Source of the DNA: Minisyncoccia bacterium
GTDB lineage: Bacteria; Planctomycetota; UBA1135; GCA-002686595
Assembly: GCA_047638655.1 (NCBI GenBank)
Contig: JBLIMI010000001.1
Span: forward strand, 1-32,828
Direction of reading: 5' to 3'
DNA: 32,828 nucleotides
Shown: one piece after another, positions 9,822-18,167 of the stretch
Position numbering within the stretch: the first letter of the stretch is position 1
Layout of the letters: each line of letters opens with the position of its first letter
Position numbers and translations under genes: made by a program
The notes under the pieces: model-generated
Database searches by the model: none
The model's input: the letters and a program-made list of their open reading frames with translations, nothing else
Told to the model about the DNA's origin: nothing

Positions 9822-10457
9822 TCAGGCTTCTTGAGCCAGGAGTTCCTGCAATTGAGAGGCGAGTTCGCGCAAGGCGCGACCCCGATGACTGACTTGTGAT
9901 TTTGTTTGACCGTCGAGCTCGGCGAAGGACTTGCCGTCAACGGCGTGTCCCGGTTCTCGGTATTCGAATAGGGGGTCATAACCGAAATCGCCGTCGCCCC
10001 TGGGGGCTTCGAGGATTGTACCCGGGCAAGTGCCTAGAATTGCCGCGACGATGGTTCCGTCGGGGCGGGCCAGGGCCAGGGCGCACACGAAGCGTGCCCC
10101 GCGCCCTTCACGGGGCACTGCCGAGAGCTCTTGCAAGAGCTTTGCGTTGTTGGCCGCATCGTCCCCGTGGGTGCCGGCGTAGCGAGCCGAATGAACCCCA
10201 GGCGCGCCATTCAAGAAATGGACTTCGAGCCCGGAATCGTCCGCGAGAGCCCATTGGCCGGTGGCGAGCGCCGCGGACCTCGCTTTCTTCGCAGCGTTTC
10301 CTGCGAAGTCAGGTCGGTCTTCTTCCACTTCGGGCAGACCGCCAAAGTCCGCGGGACGGACCAGTTCGATGCCCATGGGCGTTAGCAGCTTGCCGAGCTC
10401 CTTGAGCTTCTTCTGGTTCCCGCTCGCGAGCAGAATTTTGTGAGCGTTCAGGGTCAC
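9822..10457 (-). CDS. rdgB: Non-canonical purine NTP pyrophosphatase (RdgB/HAM1 family)
   Basis: ORF trimmed to the GTG at 10457 (VTLNAHKILLASGNQKKLKELGKLL), 4 nt after the rph stop. FGYDPLF and SHRGRAL motifs are present. The rph-rdgB pairing is common. Confidence 0.85.
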   Translation of the reverse strand: MTLNAHKILLASGNQKKLKELGKLLTPMGIELVRPADFGGLPEVEEDRPDFAGNAAKKARSAALATGQWALADDSGLEVHFLNGAPGVHSARYAGTHGDDAANNAKLLQELSAVPREGRGARFVCALALARPDGTIVAAILGTCPGTILEAPRGDGDFGYDPLFEYREPGHAVDGKSFAELDGQTKSQVSHRGRALRELASQLQELLAQEA

Positions 10458-10461
10458 GAAA

Positions 10462-11181
10462 CTACTCGACCCCCAGGGCACTCTTCTGAGCTTTGAAAAT
10501 CTCGTTGCAGGCCGTTTCTCCGAGGGCCAGCATGGCGTCCAGTGAAGTGCGCGAGAACGGCGCGCCCTCTGCCGAGCCCTGGACTTCGATGAATTCACCG
10601 CCGCCGGTCATGACCAGATTAAAGTCCACCTCGGCTACGCTGTCCTCGGAATAGTCGAGGTCGCACAATTCTTCTCCCTTGACCCGGCCCACGGAAACTG
10701 CGGCCACCTGGCCAACCAAGGGCCAGCCGCGGAGGATGCGCCTGCGATCCATGTCCATCAACAAGTCGTGCAGCGCGACATAGGCGCCGCTGATCGCGGT
10801 CGTGCGCGTGCCGCCGTCAGCTTGCAGGACATCACAATCGAGCCAAATCGTGCGCTCGTTCATTTGTTTGAAGTCCATTACAGCTCGCATACTGCGACCG
10901 ATCAGGCGCTGGATTTCCACCGAGCGGCCATCTACGCGGCCGCTGCGGTCGCGCGACTTGCGAGTGTTGGTGGAGGAGGGGAGCATCGAGTACTCCGCTG
11001 TCATCCAGCCACGGCCCTTGCCTTGGAGAAAGCCGGGCACGCCGTCGGTGTAGGTCGCGGTGCAGAGAACCCGGGTGTCGCCAAAGCTAGCCAGCACGGA
11101 TCCCGGCGCATTCTTGGTGAAGCCGCGTTCGAATCGAATGGGGCGCATGTCAGGCGCCTCGCGTCCGTCGTTTCTGGTCAT
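10462..11181 (-). CDS. rph: Ribonuclease PH
   Basis: ORF trimmed to the ATG at 11181 (MTRNDGREAPDMRPIRFERGFTKNAPGSVLASFGDTRVLCTA). It also contains MLPSSTNTR and DCDVLQADGGTRTTAISGAYVAL. Length is 239 aa. Confidence 0.92.
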   Translation of the reverse strand: MTRNDGREAPDMRPIRFERGFTKNAPGSVLASFGDTRVLCTATYTDGVPGFLQGKGRGWMTAEYSMLPSSTNTRKSRDRSGRVDGRSVEIQRLIGRSMRAVMDFKQMNERTIWLDCDVLQADGGTRTTAISGAYVALHDLLMDMDRRRILRGWPLVGQVAAVSVGRVKGEELCDLDYSEDSVAEVDFNLVMTGGGEFIEVQGSAEGAPFSRTSLDAMLALGETACNEIFKAQKSALGVE

Positions 11182-11276
11182 CGGAAGGAAATCGGTAAAA
11201 GAGGGGGTGGGAGGCCAGGGAGTATAGGCACCCCGACCGGGCTCCGGCGGCCTGGAGTCGGGAACAAATGAGAGGG

Positions 11277-12044
11277 CTAGAGGCCCTCGGCCCTCACCAC
11301 GGCCTGGATGAACTCGACCGGCAGGTGTCGGGTGTCCCCATCGGGCAGAGCGAGTTCGAGCCCATCGGACAGGCTGAGGCCCAAAACCCTCCCGCGCCAG
11401 CTGTCCTTGCCGCATTGCACGTCCACAGTCTTGCCGAGCAACTGGCTCGCTTCCAAGTAGTCCGACGCTAGTTTTCTGTGGTCCTGGCGGACCTGTGCAA
11501 GGCGCGCGCCGAGTCGCCCGAGTACGGCTTCTTCCGCATCTCCGATGGTGACTTCAAGCCCCAGGACCGCCAGGCTCGTGACCCGGCGTTCTGCTAGCAA
11601 TTCGGGGGGGAAGTGCAATTGGCGGACGTTGAGCCCGATTCCAAGCACGAAGTGAGGGCGCTTCGGATCGAAACCTCGACTCTCGGTGAGCGTGCCGCAG
11701 ATCTTTGCGCCGTCCACCATAATGTCGTTGGGCCACTTCAATTCAGGACGCGTGGGCGAGAAGGGAGGTAGGCCGAGATCGGTCAATGCTTCCACGAGGG
11801 CCAGTCCTGCGGCGATGGTTAGCGCCGCTGGCCGCAGGGGTGGCGCCTGAGGCAGCAGCACGAGGCTCATGTACAGACCCTCGTCCGGCGTGCTGTGCCA
11901 CACATTTCCCTGGCGCCCGCGACCGTGGGACTGGCCCCGGGCCACATGCAGATCGCCATGCTGGGCGTTTCCAGCCTTCAGGCTCGCAAAGGCGCGCTCG
12001 GTGGTGGAATCAACCACTCCGTGTCGTATGGGTTGGAACTGCAT
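11277..12044 (-). CDS. birA: Biotin--[acetyl-CoA-carboxylase] ligase (no N-terminal HTH, group I type)
   Basis: Contains DSTTERA and the GRGRQGNVWHS biotin-binding loop (GRGRxGRxW-type), followed by LKWPNDIMVDGAKICGTL. Length is 255 aa. Confidence 0.85.
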   Translation of the reverse strand: MQFQPIRHGVVDSTTERAFASLKAGNAQHGDLHVARGQSHGRGRQGNVWHSTPDEGLYMSLVLLPQAPPLRPAALTIAAGLALVEALTDLGLPPFSPTRPELKWPNDIMVDGAKICGTLTESRGFDPKRPHFVLGIGLNVRQLHFPPELLAERRVTSLAVLGLEVTIGDAEEAVLGRLGARLAQVRQDHRKLASDYLEASQLLGKTVDVQCGKDSWRGRVLGLSLSDGLELALPDGDTRHLPVEFIQAVVRAEGL

Positions 12045-12128
12045 GGGAACTCAGGGCCGGCGGGCAGAGGAAGCCTCAAATCGTGTAGAACGTGCGGGCT
12101 TCCGTAATCGTTCCCTTGGAGGATATCA

Positions 12129-13433
12129 ATGCTGCGAGTCGTCTCCCATGCCTTCGCCCTCGGCCTATTGACCGCGTGCGTCTCCGCGTCCTCTCAAGGG
12201 CAAGTTACCGCCTTCACAGGTGCCCGCATTTTACCCATTTCCGGCGCTCCCATCGCGAGCGGTACCATGCTGGTGAGTGATGGAAAAATCATCGCTGTCG
12301 GTGCCGACGTGACCATCCCGGACGGAGCAGAGGTCCATGATCTCTCAGGAAAGCTGCTCATGCCGGGACTGGTGGACACCCACTCCCATCTCGGCGGTGG
12401 TGGCGCAGCGGACCGCTCGGCGCCTATCCAGCCTGGCGTTTCTGTCTTTGATGCTATCGACGTGCGCAACACTGGTTTTCAGCGCGCCCAGGCGGGGGGC
12501 ATCACGACCGTCAATGTCATGCCAGGATCCGGGCACTTGATGAGCGGTCAGACCGTCTACATGAAGTTGCGCGACAAGAACACGATTGAGGAGTGGGTGG
12601 TTCGCGATCAGGATGGGAAGGCCATGGGCGGCATGAAGATGGCCAATGGCACCAATAGCCGCCGCAAAGCTCCCTTTCCCGGAACACGGGGCAAGTCAGC
12701 TGCGCTCGTTCGCGAGACGTTCATCAAGGCGCAGGCTTACCGCGACAAGCTCGCCAAAGGTTTGGAGGATCCGGAGAAGGCGCCCGCCCGCGACCTTGGA
12801 ATGGAAGCGCTGGTCGAGGTGCTCGAGGGCAAACGCATCGTGCATCATCACACCCACCGTCACGACGACATCATCACGGTGCTGCGTCTGTCGAAAGAGT
12901 TTGGGTTCCGCGTCGTGTTGCACCACGTGAGTGAAGCCTGGAAGGTGCCTGAGGAGATCACGGCGGCTGGCGTGGCCTGCTCCCTGATCTTGATCGATAG
13001 CCCGGGCGGGAAATTGGAAGCTCGGGATGTTGGTTTTGAGGCCGGTGGCATCCTCGAACGGGCGGGCACGAAAGTGGCCTTTCACACGGATGACCCGATC
13101 ACGGATTCGCGCTTGTTCTTTCGCAGCGCGGCGCTCGCGGTCCGGGCAGGCATGACGCGGGAAGGTGCTTTGCGGGCCTTGACGCTGGATGCGGCAGAGA
13201 TGTTGGACATGGGCCAGCGTGTGGGTTCCCTAGAAGAAGGCAAGGATGCGGACTTCATCGTGATGGACGGAGATCCCCTCAGCGTTTACTCCAAAGTGCT
13301 CGAGACCTGGGTCGACGGTGTTCGAGTCTTTGACCGATCGCAGGAACAAGACCTCTTGTGGGCTGTTGGGGGCCTCGGGGCTGGCCAGCGGCGAATCATG
13401 CAAGCTTGCTGCGAACGTGGGGAGGACAACTAA
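12129..13433 (+). CDS. Exported amidohydrolase-superfamily metallohydrolase (COG1228 / imidazolonepropionase-like), probable lipoprotein
   Basis: SD GGAGGA lies 5 nt upstream of the ATG. The signal peptide has a lipobox-like LLTAC. The metal-binding motif is PGLVDTHSHLGG. Later histidines (HHHTHRHDD, FHTDD) and the C-terminal GSLEEGKDADFIVMDGDPL are typical of the family. Confidence 0.85.
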   Translation: MLRVVSHAFALGLLTACVSASSQGQVTAFTGARILPISGAPIASGTMLVSDGKIIAVGADVTIPDGAEVHDLSGKLLMPGLVDTHSHLGGGGAADRSAPIQPGVSVFDAIDVRNTGFQRAQAGGITTVNVMPGSGHLMSGQTVYMKLRDKNTIEEWVVRDQDGKAMGGMKMANGTNSRRKAPFPGTRGKSAALVRETFIKAQAYRDKLAKGLEDPEKAPARDLGMEALVEVLEGKRIVHHHTHRHDDIITVLRLSKEFGFRVVLHHVSEAWKVPEEITAAGVACSLILIDSPGGKLEARDVGFEAGGILERAGTKVAFHTDDPITDSRLFFRSAALAVRAGMTREGALRALTLDAAEMLDMGQRVGSLEEGKDADFIVMDGDPLSVYSKVLETWVDGVRVFDRSQEQDLLWAVGGLGAGQRRIMQACCERGEDN

Positions 13434-13434
13434 A

Positions 13435-13494
13435 ATGAGTCAAACAGCAATGAGTCAAACAGCAATGAGTCAAACAGCAATGAGTCAAATAGCA
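13435..13494 (+). repeat. 4 x 15-bp in-frame tandem repeat (ATGAGTCAAACAGCA) at the 5' end of the second amidohydrolase gene
   Basis: Read directly from the sequence: units at 13435-13449, 13450-13464 and 13465-13479 are identical. The unit at 13480-13494 has one C>T change (ACA to ATA). The next codon, at 13495, is again ATG. Confidence 0.98.
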
Positions 13495-14700
13495 ATGTTG
13501 AAGCGAACCTGGCTAGGGCTTGCGCTGTTTGCGCTCGCCAACTCTTCCTTGGCCCAAGACTTGGCGGTGCGTGCTGCTGAGTTACACACGGTTTCCGCCG
13601 GTGTCATCCCGGACGGTGTCGTGATCATTCGTTCGGGGAAGATCGCGGCCATCGGCCGCGCCTCCGAGGTGACGATTCCTGCAGGCTTTCAAGTGCTCAG
13701 CGCTGCGGTCGTAACTCCTGGTTTGGTGGACGCGCACACGGTGGTTGGTATTGCCGGCTACCTCAATCAGGATGGCGACCAAGATCAACTCGAGCGTTCG
13801 GCACCACTTCAGCCGGAACTGCGCGCTCTGGATGCCTACAACGCCCGTGAGCGTTTGATCGACTGGGTGCGTTCCTTTGGTGTGACCACTTTGCACACGG
13901 GACATGGCCCCGGAGCCGTCATCTCCGGGCAGACGATGGTGGTTAAGACCACTGGCGACACCGTTGAAAGTGCTTCCATCATGCCCCAGGCGATGATTGC
14001 TGCCACTCTTGGTGAGGGTGCGCTGTGGTCGGATTCCAAGCCGGGCACCCGCGGCAAGGCTGTCGCGATGTTGCGAGACCTGTTGATTGAAGGGCAGGGC
14101 TACATCAAGAAACAGGAAGCCGAAGGAGATGCTCCCGATACCAATCTGCGGCTGGAGGCGGTGGCCCAACTGTTGCGTCGAGACCTGGCATTGCTGGTCA
14201 CGGCCAATCGTCACCAAGACATCATCTCCGCAATCCGTGTGGCCAAGGAATTCAACCTGCGTTTGGTGCTCGACAGCGCGGCGGATGCTCACATGGTCTT
14301 GGATGAAATCAAGCGAGCAGGGGTTCCCGTGATTCTTCACGCGACCATGAAGCGGGCCCAGGGCGAAGCCGAAAACCTCTCGCTAGAGACCGCTTCGCGG
14401 CTGGCAGAGGCGGGTATTCCGTTCGCCCTTCAAAGTGGTTTCGAGAGCTACGTGCCCAAGACGCGAGTGGTGCTGTTCGAAGCGGCGTTGGCCGCTGCCC
14501 ATGGCCTGGGGCGTGAGCGCGCGCTGCATTCCATCACCCTCGGCCCCGCAGAGATCCTGGGCCTTGGAGGACGCATCGGGTCACTTGACGTGGGCAAAGA
14601 CGGCGACCTGGCACTCTACGACGGCGATCCCTTCGAGTACACAACTCACTGCGTTGGAACAGTGATCGAAGGACGCGTGGTGAGCGAGAAGATTCGTTAG
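13435..14700 (+). CDS. Exported amidohydrolase-superfamily metallohydrolase, paralogue of the upstream gene
   Basis: ORF 13318..14700 trimmed to the first ATG after the upstream TAA, which leaves a 1-nt gap. SD GGAGGA lies 8 nt upstream. The product starts (MSQTA)x3-MSQIA, then the signal peptide MLKRTWLGLALFALANSSLA. It has PGLVDAHT and the C-terminal GSLDVGKDGDLALYDGDPF. The start could instead be any of the five in-frame ATGs from 13435 to 13495. Confidence 0.85.
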   Translation: MSQTAMSQTAMSQTAMSQIAMLKRTWLGLALFALANSSLAQDLAVRAAELHTVSAGVIPDGVVIIRSGKIAAIGRASEVTIPAGFQVLSAAVVTPGLVDAHTVVGIAGYLNQDGDQDQLERSAPLQPELRALDAYNARERLIDWVRSFGVTTLHTGHGPGAVISGQTMVVKTTGDTVESASIMPQAMIAATLGEGALWSDSKPGTRGKAVAMLRDLLIEGQGYIKKQEAEGDAPDTNLRLEAVAQLLRRDLALLVTANRHQDIISAIRVAKEFNLRLVLDSAADAHMVLDEIKRAGVPVILHATMKRAQGEAENLSLETASRLAEAGIPFALQSGFESYVPKTRVVLFEAALAAAHGLGRERALHSITLGPAEILGLGGRIGSLDVGKDGDLALYDGDPFEYTTHCVGTVIEGRVVSEKIR

Positions 14701-14874
14701 CAGGCGCTTCCCTGTGCGATGGCAAGAAGCGTGGCGGCCCGGGCCTTTCCGTAACCAACGGGGAATAGGCCGCGGGTCAGCACGCCACTTGAATCTGGGC
14801 TGCTCCAGCTTCCGTGTCCCCGGGCGGACGGTTGTAGGCATTTGGAGCGTGTGCTCGCCGCAGACCCCTGCACA

Positions 14875-16341
14875 ATGCCCTGCATGATTGCTCTGGGACT
14901 CTTCGCGACCTATCTCGTGCTCACCATCGGCGTTGGAATTTGGGCTTCCCGCCGCAATTCCGACAGCCAGGAGGATTACTTCCTCGGAGGGCGTAGCTCT
15001 TCAGCTTTTGCCATGGCGCTTTCGGCCGTCAGTTCGGGCCGTTCGGCCTGGCTCGTTCTGGGTGCGAGCGGCGCCGCCTGGTCGAGTGGTCTGTCTGCCT
15101 TCTGGTTGTTCCCCGGCTACATCTTGGCGGAAGCATGGATGTTTACGAGTATCGGGCCTCGACTTCGCTTGCGATCCATCGCGTGCGGAGCGTTGACGAT
15201 CCCCGAAGTCTTCGAGCGTAGCGTTCTCGGACCGAACGGTCGCGGCTCTTCACGCCTGCCCCTGAGATCACTGGCGGGTCTGGTCATCGTTCTCTTTCTG
15301 TGGACCTACATCAGCGCGCAACTCGTCGCTGGCGGCAAAACCCTGGGCGCGATCTTCCCCTCATTGGATGGGCAGACATGGGGACTCGTGTTGACCGCCG
15401 GAATCGTGCTTGTCTACACCTGGTTGGGAGGCTATCGCGCCGTTGTGGTCACGGACGTGGTGCAGGCCTGCTTGATGCTTGTCGGCATTGCACTCCTGCC
15501 CTTGCTTGGATTGATCGAAGTCGGCGGCATCAGCGCTTTGAAGGAGCAACTGCTCGCCGTGGATCCAACATTGATGCAATTCGGCGCCGAGCCATTGATC
15601 ATCCTCGGGGGCTTCTGCATCGGACTTGGTTCCCTGGGCAATCCACACATCCTCGTTCGTCACATGTCATTGGAGGATCCCAACACGGCTCGCACGGCAC
15701 GTCGCGTGGGCACGACCTGGAACATCTTGATGGCGGCCGGCGCCCTTGGTCTTGGACTCGTTGGACGGGCGCTTTACCCCGAAGCCTCGCTGCTAGGGGA
15801 AGGAGGGCGCGAAATGCTGTTTCCCGTCATGGCAGCCGATCTCTCCTCGACGTACTTGTTCGCGGGCTTCGTCGGCTTTCTGCTCGCCACTCTCTTCGCC
15901 GCGATCATGTCGACCTGCGACAGTCAGTTGCTCGTGATCGCCTCGAGCCTGATTCGCGACCTGGGTCCCCGCCGGGACGCTGGTCACGATGGCGGACTCT
16001 TGGCTGGGCGTCTGGCCGTGCTCGGCACCTTGAGCGGCGCCGTTTGGTTGACCTTTGGTGAGAGCCCGTTGATTCACAACCTGGTCTTGTTGTCCTGGTT
16101 CGCCCTCGGTGTGGGACTAGGACCAGTGCTGTTGTTGGTGCTCTTCGATGAACGCACCACGGCGCGTGGGGCCTGTGCAGGAATCTTGACCGGCGTGCTG
16201 GGTATCGTGGGAGTCTGGTTCTTCTTCCTGCGAGAGTCGGGGGGGCATGTGTCCTGGGAAGCTGCGTTGGTCTTCTTGCTGTCCCTTGGGGTCACCTTTG
16301 CCTTGCGCAGCAGAGATCCGCGCCCGTCCGGTCACGCTTGA
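14875..16341 (+). CDS. Sodium:solute symporter family transporter (PutP-like)
   Basis: A multi-TM protein whose N-terminus, MPCMIALGLFATYLVLTIGVGIWASRRNSDSQEDYFLGGRS..., follows the SSF/PutP pattern (...DYxLGGR). The track ORF starts at a TTG at 14842; I prefer the ATG at 14875 or 14884. Confidence 0.82.
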   Translation: MPCMIALGLFATYLVLTIGVGIWASRRNSDSQEDYFLGGRSSSAFAMALSAVSSGRSAWLVLGASGAAWSSGLSAFWLFPGYILAEAWMFTSIGPRLRLRSIACGALTIPEVFERSVLGPNGRGSSRLPLRSLAGLVIVLFLWTYISAQLVAGGKTLGAIFPSLDGQTWGLVLTAGIVLVYTWLGGYRAVVVTDVVQACLMLVGIALLPLLGLIEVGGISALKEQLLAVDPTLMQFGAEPLIILGGFCIGLGSLGNPHILVRHMSLEDPNTARTARRVGTTWNILMAAGALGLGLVGRALYPEASLLGEGGREMLFPVMAADLSSTYLFAGFVGFLLATLFAAIMSTCDSQLLVIASSLIRDLGPRRDAGHDGGLLAGRLAVLGTLSGAVWLTFGESPLIHNLVLLSWFALGVGLGPVLLLVLFDERTTARGACAGILTGVLGIVGVWFFFLRESGGHVSWEAALVFLLSLGVTFALRSRDPRPSGHA

Positions 16342-16357
16342 GCCTGGGTTGATACAT

Positions 16358-16398
16358 GAAGAAGGCGCGGACGGGAGTCACCCGTTCGCGCCTTCTTC
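16358..16398. terminator. Bidirectional hairpin terminator between convergent genes
   Basis: GAAGAAGGCGCGGACGGG (16358-16375), loop AGTCA, then CCCGTTCGCGCCTTCTTC (16381-16398). This is an 18-bp stem with one G:T pair. It sits between the symporter stop (16341) and the sigma-factor stop (16417). Confidence 0.7.
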
Positions 16399-16416
16399 TC
16401 AATAGGTCTCGATCCG

Positions 16417-17328
16417 CTACATCAGCAGTGTGCCTTGCTTTTGGCCCAGGAGGCCTTTGAGGCGTCCCATCACATTCGAGTGGATCTGGCAGACACGACT
16501 CTCAGTCAAGGCCAGCATCTCGCCGATCTCGCGCATGGTGTGGCCGACCTGGTAGTACTGCTCAATGATGAAGCGTTCCTTGTGGGTCAACGAACGCGTG
16601 ATGAACATCAAGAGGTCCGCGCGGTTGAGTTCCCGGAAAGGATCGCAGGCGTTTTGGTCCTCGAGAATGTCGAGCTTCTCGGTCGCGTTGTCGTCATCGT
16701 GGTCTTCCCACTTCTCTGACAGGGAGAACATGGCCTTGGCGTTCGCCTCACGCATTTCCTTCGAGAGTTCGCTGTGCTCCATCTCGAGGGTTTCTGCCAA
16801 CTCGGTGTGGGTGGGCTCACGACCGTACTGGCCGGTCAAGCGCTGGAGGGCCTTCTCAATCTTGCCAGCCTTGAGTCGCACCAGACGCGGCACCCAGTCC
16901 TGTGAGCGCAGTTGGTCGAGGATCGACCCGCGAATCCGAGTAGAACAATAAGTCTTGAACTTGATTCCCCGATCGAGATCGAAGCCGCGAATGGCGTCCA
17001 TCAAGCCAAACAGGCCCGCGCTCACCAAGTCATCGAGTTCGATGGACTTGGGCAAGGTCTGTAACAGGCGGTCGGCGATGTAACGCACAAGGGGCAAGTG
17101 GCGCTCCATGAGCTCGTTGCGGATCGCTTCGATCTCGGCCAGGCCCCGTTTGCCTTTCTTCTTAGAGTTCTGGTACAGCAACCAGAGTTCCTCGGTGGGG
17201 GTCTCGGAGGTGATGCCCTGGACCCGCTTGGTCATCTTGGCGGCGCCTTTCGCAGGAGACTCTTGGGCAGCCTTGGATGTCTTGGCGTCCTTCACTGCGG
17301 ATGCGAATTTCTTTGTACTCATAGTCAT
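16417..17328 (-). CDS. RNA polymerase sigma factor, FliA/WhiG (sigma-28, group 3) type, with a Lys-rich N-terminal extension
   Basis: Region 2 reads LVRYIADRL...DDLVSAGLFGLMDAIRGFD...FKTYCSTRIRGSILDQLRSQDWVPR; the DW-PR motif is typical of the sigma-28 family. Region 4 reads LTHKERFIIEQYYQVGHTMREIGEMLALTESRVCQIHSNVMGRL. Confidence 0.85.
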   Translation of the reverse strand: MTMSTKKFASAVKDAKTSKAAQESPAKGAAKMTKRVQGITSETPTEELWLLYQNSKKKGKRGLAEIEAIRNELMERHLPLVRYIADRLLQTLPKSIELDDLVSAGLFGLMDAIRGFDLDRGIKFKTYCSTRIRGSILDQLRSQDWVPRLVRLKAGKIEKALQRLTGQYGREPTHTELAETLEMEHSELSKEMREANAKAMFSLSEKWEDHDDDNATEKLDILEDQNACDPFRELNRADLLMFITRSLTHKERFIIEQYYQVGHTMREIGEMLALTESRVCQIHSNVMGRLKGLLGQKQGTLLM

Positions 17329-17352
17329 GTTCTTCGAAGAAGCGGAGCCGCT

Positions 17353-17862
17353 CTAATACTTGATCAAGGAATGTACGGGCACGTCGCCCAGCTTTTCCCG
17401 CCCCGGGAGAAAGCCAAGTTCGATGACGAATGCGCAAGCAACGGGAGTCGCGCCGATGCGACGAACGAGTTCGATCGAGGCGCCCATGGTCCCACCGGTA
17501 GCCAGCAGGTCGTCAACCATCAGGAACCGTTTGCCTTTCTCGCCGGCGTCCACGTGGATGTGAACCGTGTCTGACCCGTACTCGAGTTCGTACGAGACGG
17601 ACTCGGTCTTCCAGGGAAGCTTGCCGGGTTTACGGATCGGGACAAAGCCCTTGCCGAGCTGGTTGGCCAAAGCCGTGCCGAATATGAATCCACGGGACTC
17701 GATCCCGCAGACCATGTCATAGGTAGAGGGGTCCACCAAGGCCGCCAGGGCGTCAATGCTCTTCCTCAAGCCCTCGGGGCTTTGGAGCAAGGGTGTGATG
17801 TCCTTGAACAGAATCCCCTCTTTGGGGAAGTCGGGGACATCACGTATGTAGCTTTCGACCAA
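17353..17862 (-). CDS. apt: Adenine phosphoribosyltransferase
   Basis: Contains IRDVPDFPKEGILFKDITPLL, the PRPP motif FLMVDDLLATGGT, and 169 aa. The apparent start is a TTG at 17862, so the start is uncertain. Confidence 0.9.
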   Translation of the reverse strand: MVESYIRDVPDFPKEGILFKDITPLLQSPEGLRKSIDALAALVDPSTYDMVCGIESRGFIFGTALANQLGKGFVPIRKPGKLPWKTESVSYELEYGSDTVHIHVDAGEKGKRFLMVDDLLATGGTMGASIELVRRIGATPVACAFVIELGFLPGREKLGDVPVHSLIKY

Positions 17863-18167
17863 TGGAACAGACTCCTCAGGATGGTGCGATCGACTGCTTT
17901 CGCGGGAGAGAACGGGGACCCAGGCCCCGATGCGGAACAGTGTCGCGTCTTATGGCTTCGGAACTCTGGCCGAGCATCTTTAGCAAAAACTACGATTTGG
18001 ACCCGGGGGCTTACATCCTTTGGTGGACATGAGTCCCAGCGCTGAGACATGGAATTCTTTTCCGGGTTGTTTAGCGGACCTCAACCCGGGTATTGACTCC
18101 CTTCTTCCCCCCGGGTGTACCAGCTTGGGTGTGCCGAAGAAAGGATAGAAGGTGCCCGGAGGAGCCT

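Noticed and set aside
13435-13494. The tandem repeat, considered as a possible CRISPR-like or minisatellite array.
   Set aside because: The units are contiguous with a 15-bp period, have no spacers, and lie in frame at a gene start. It is a coding tandem repeat, not a CRISPR array.
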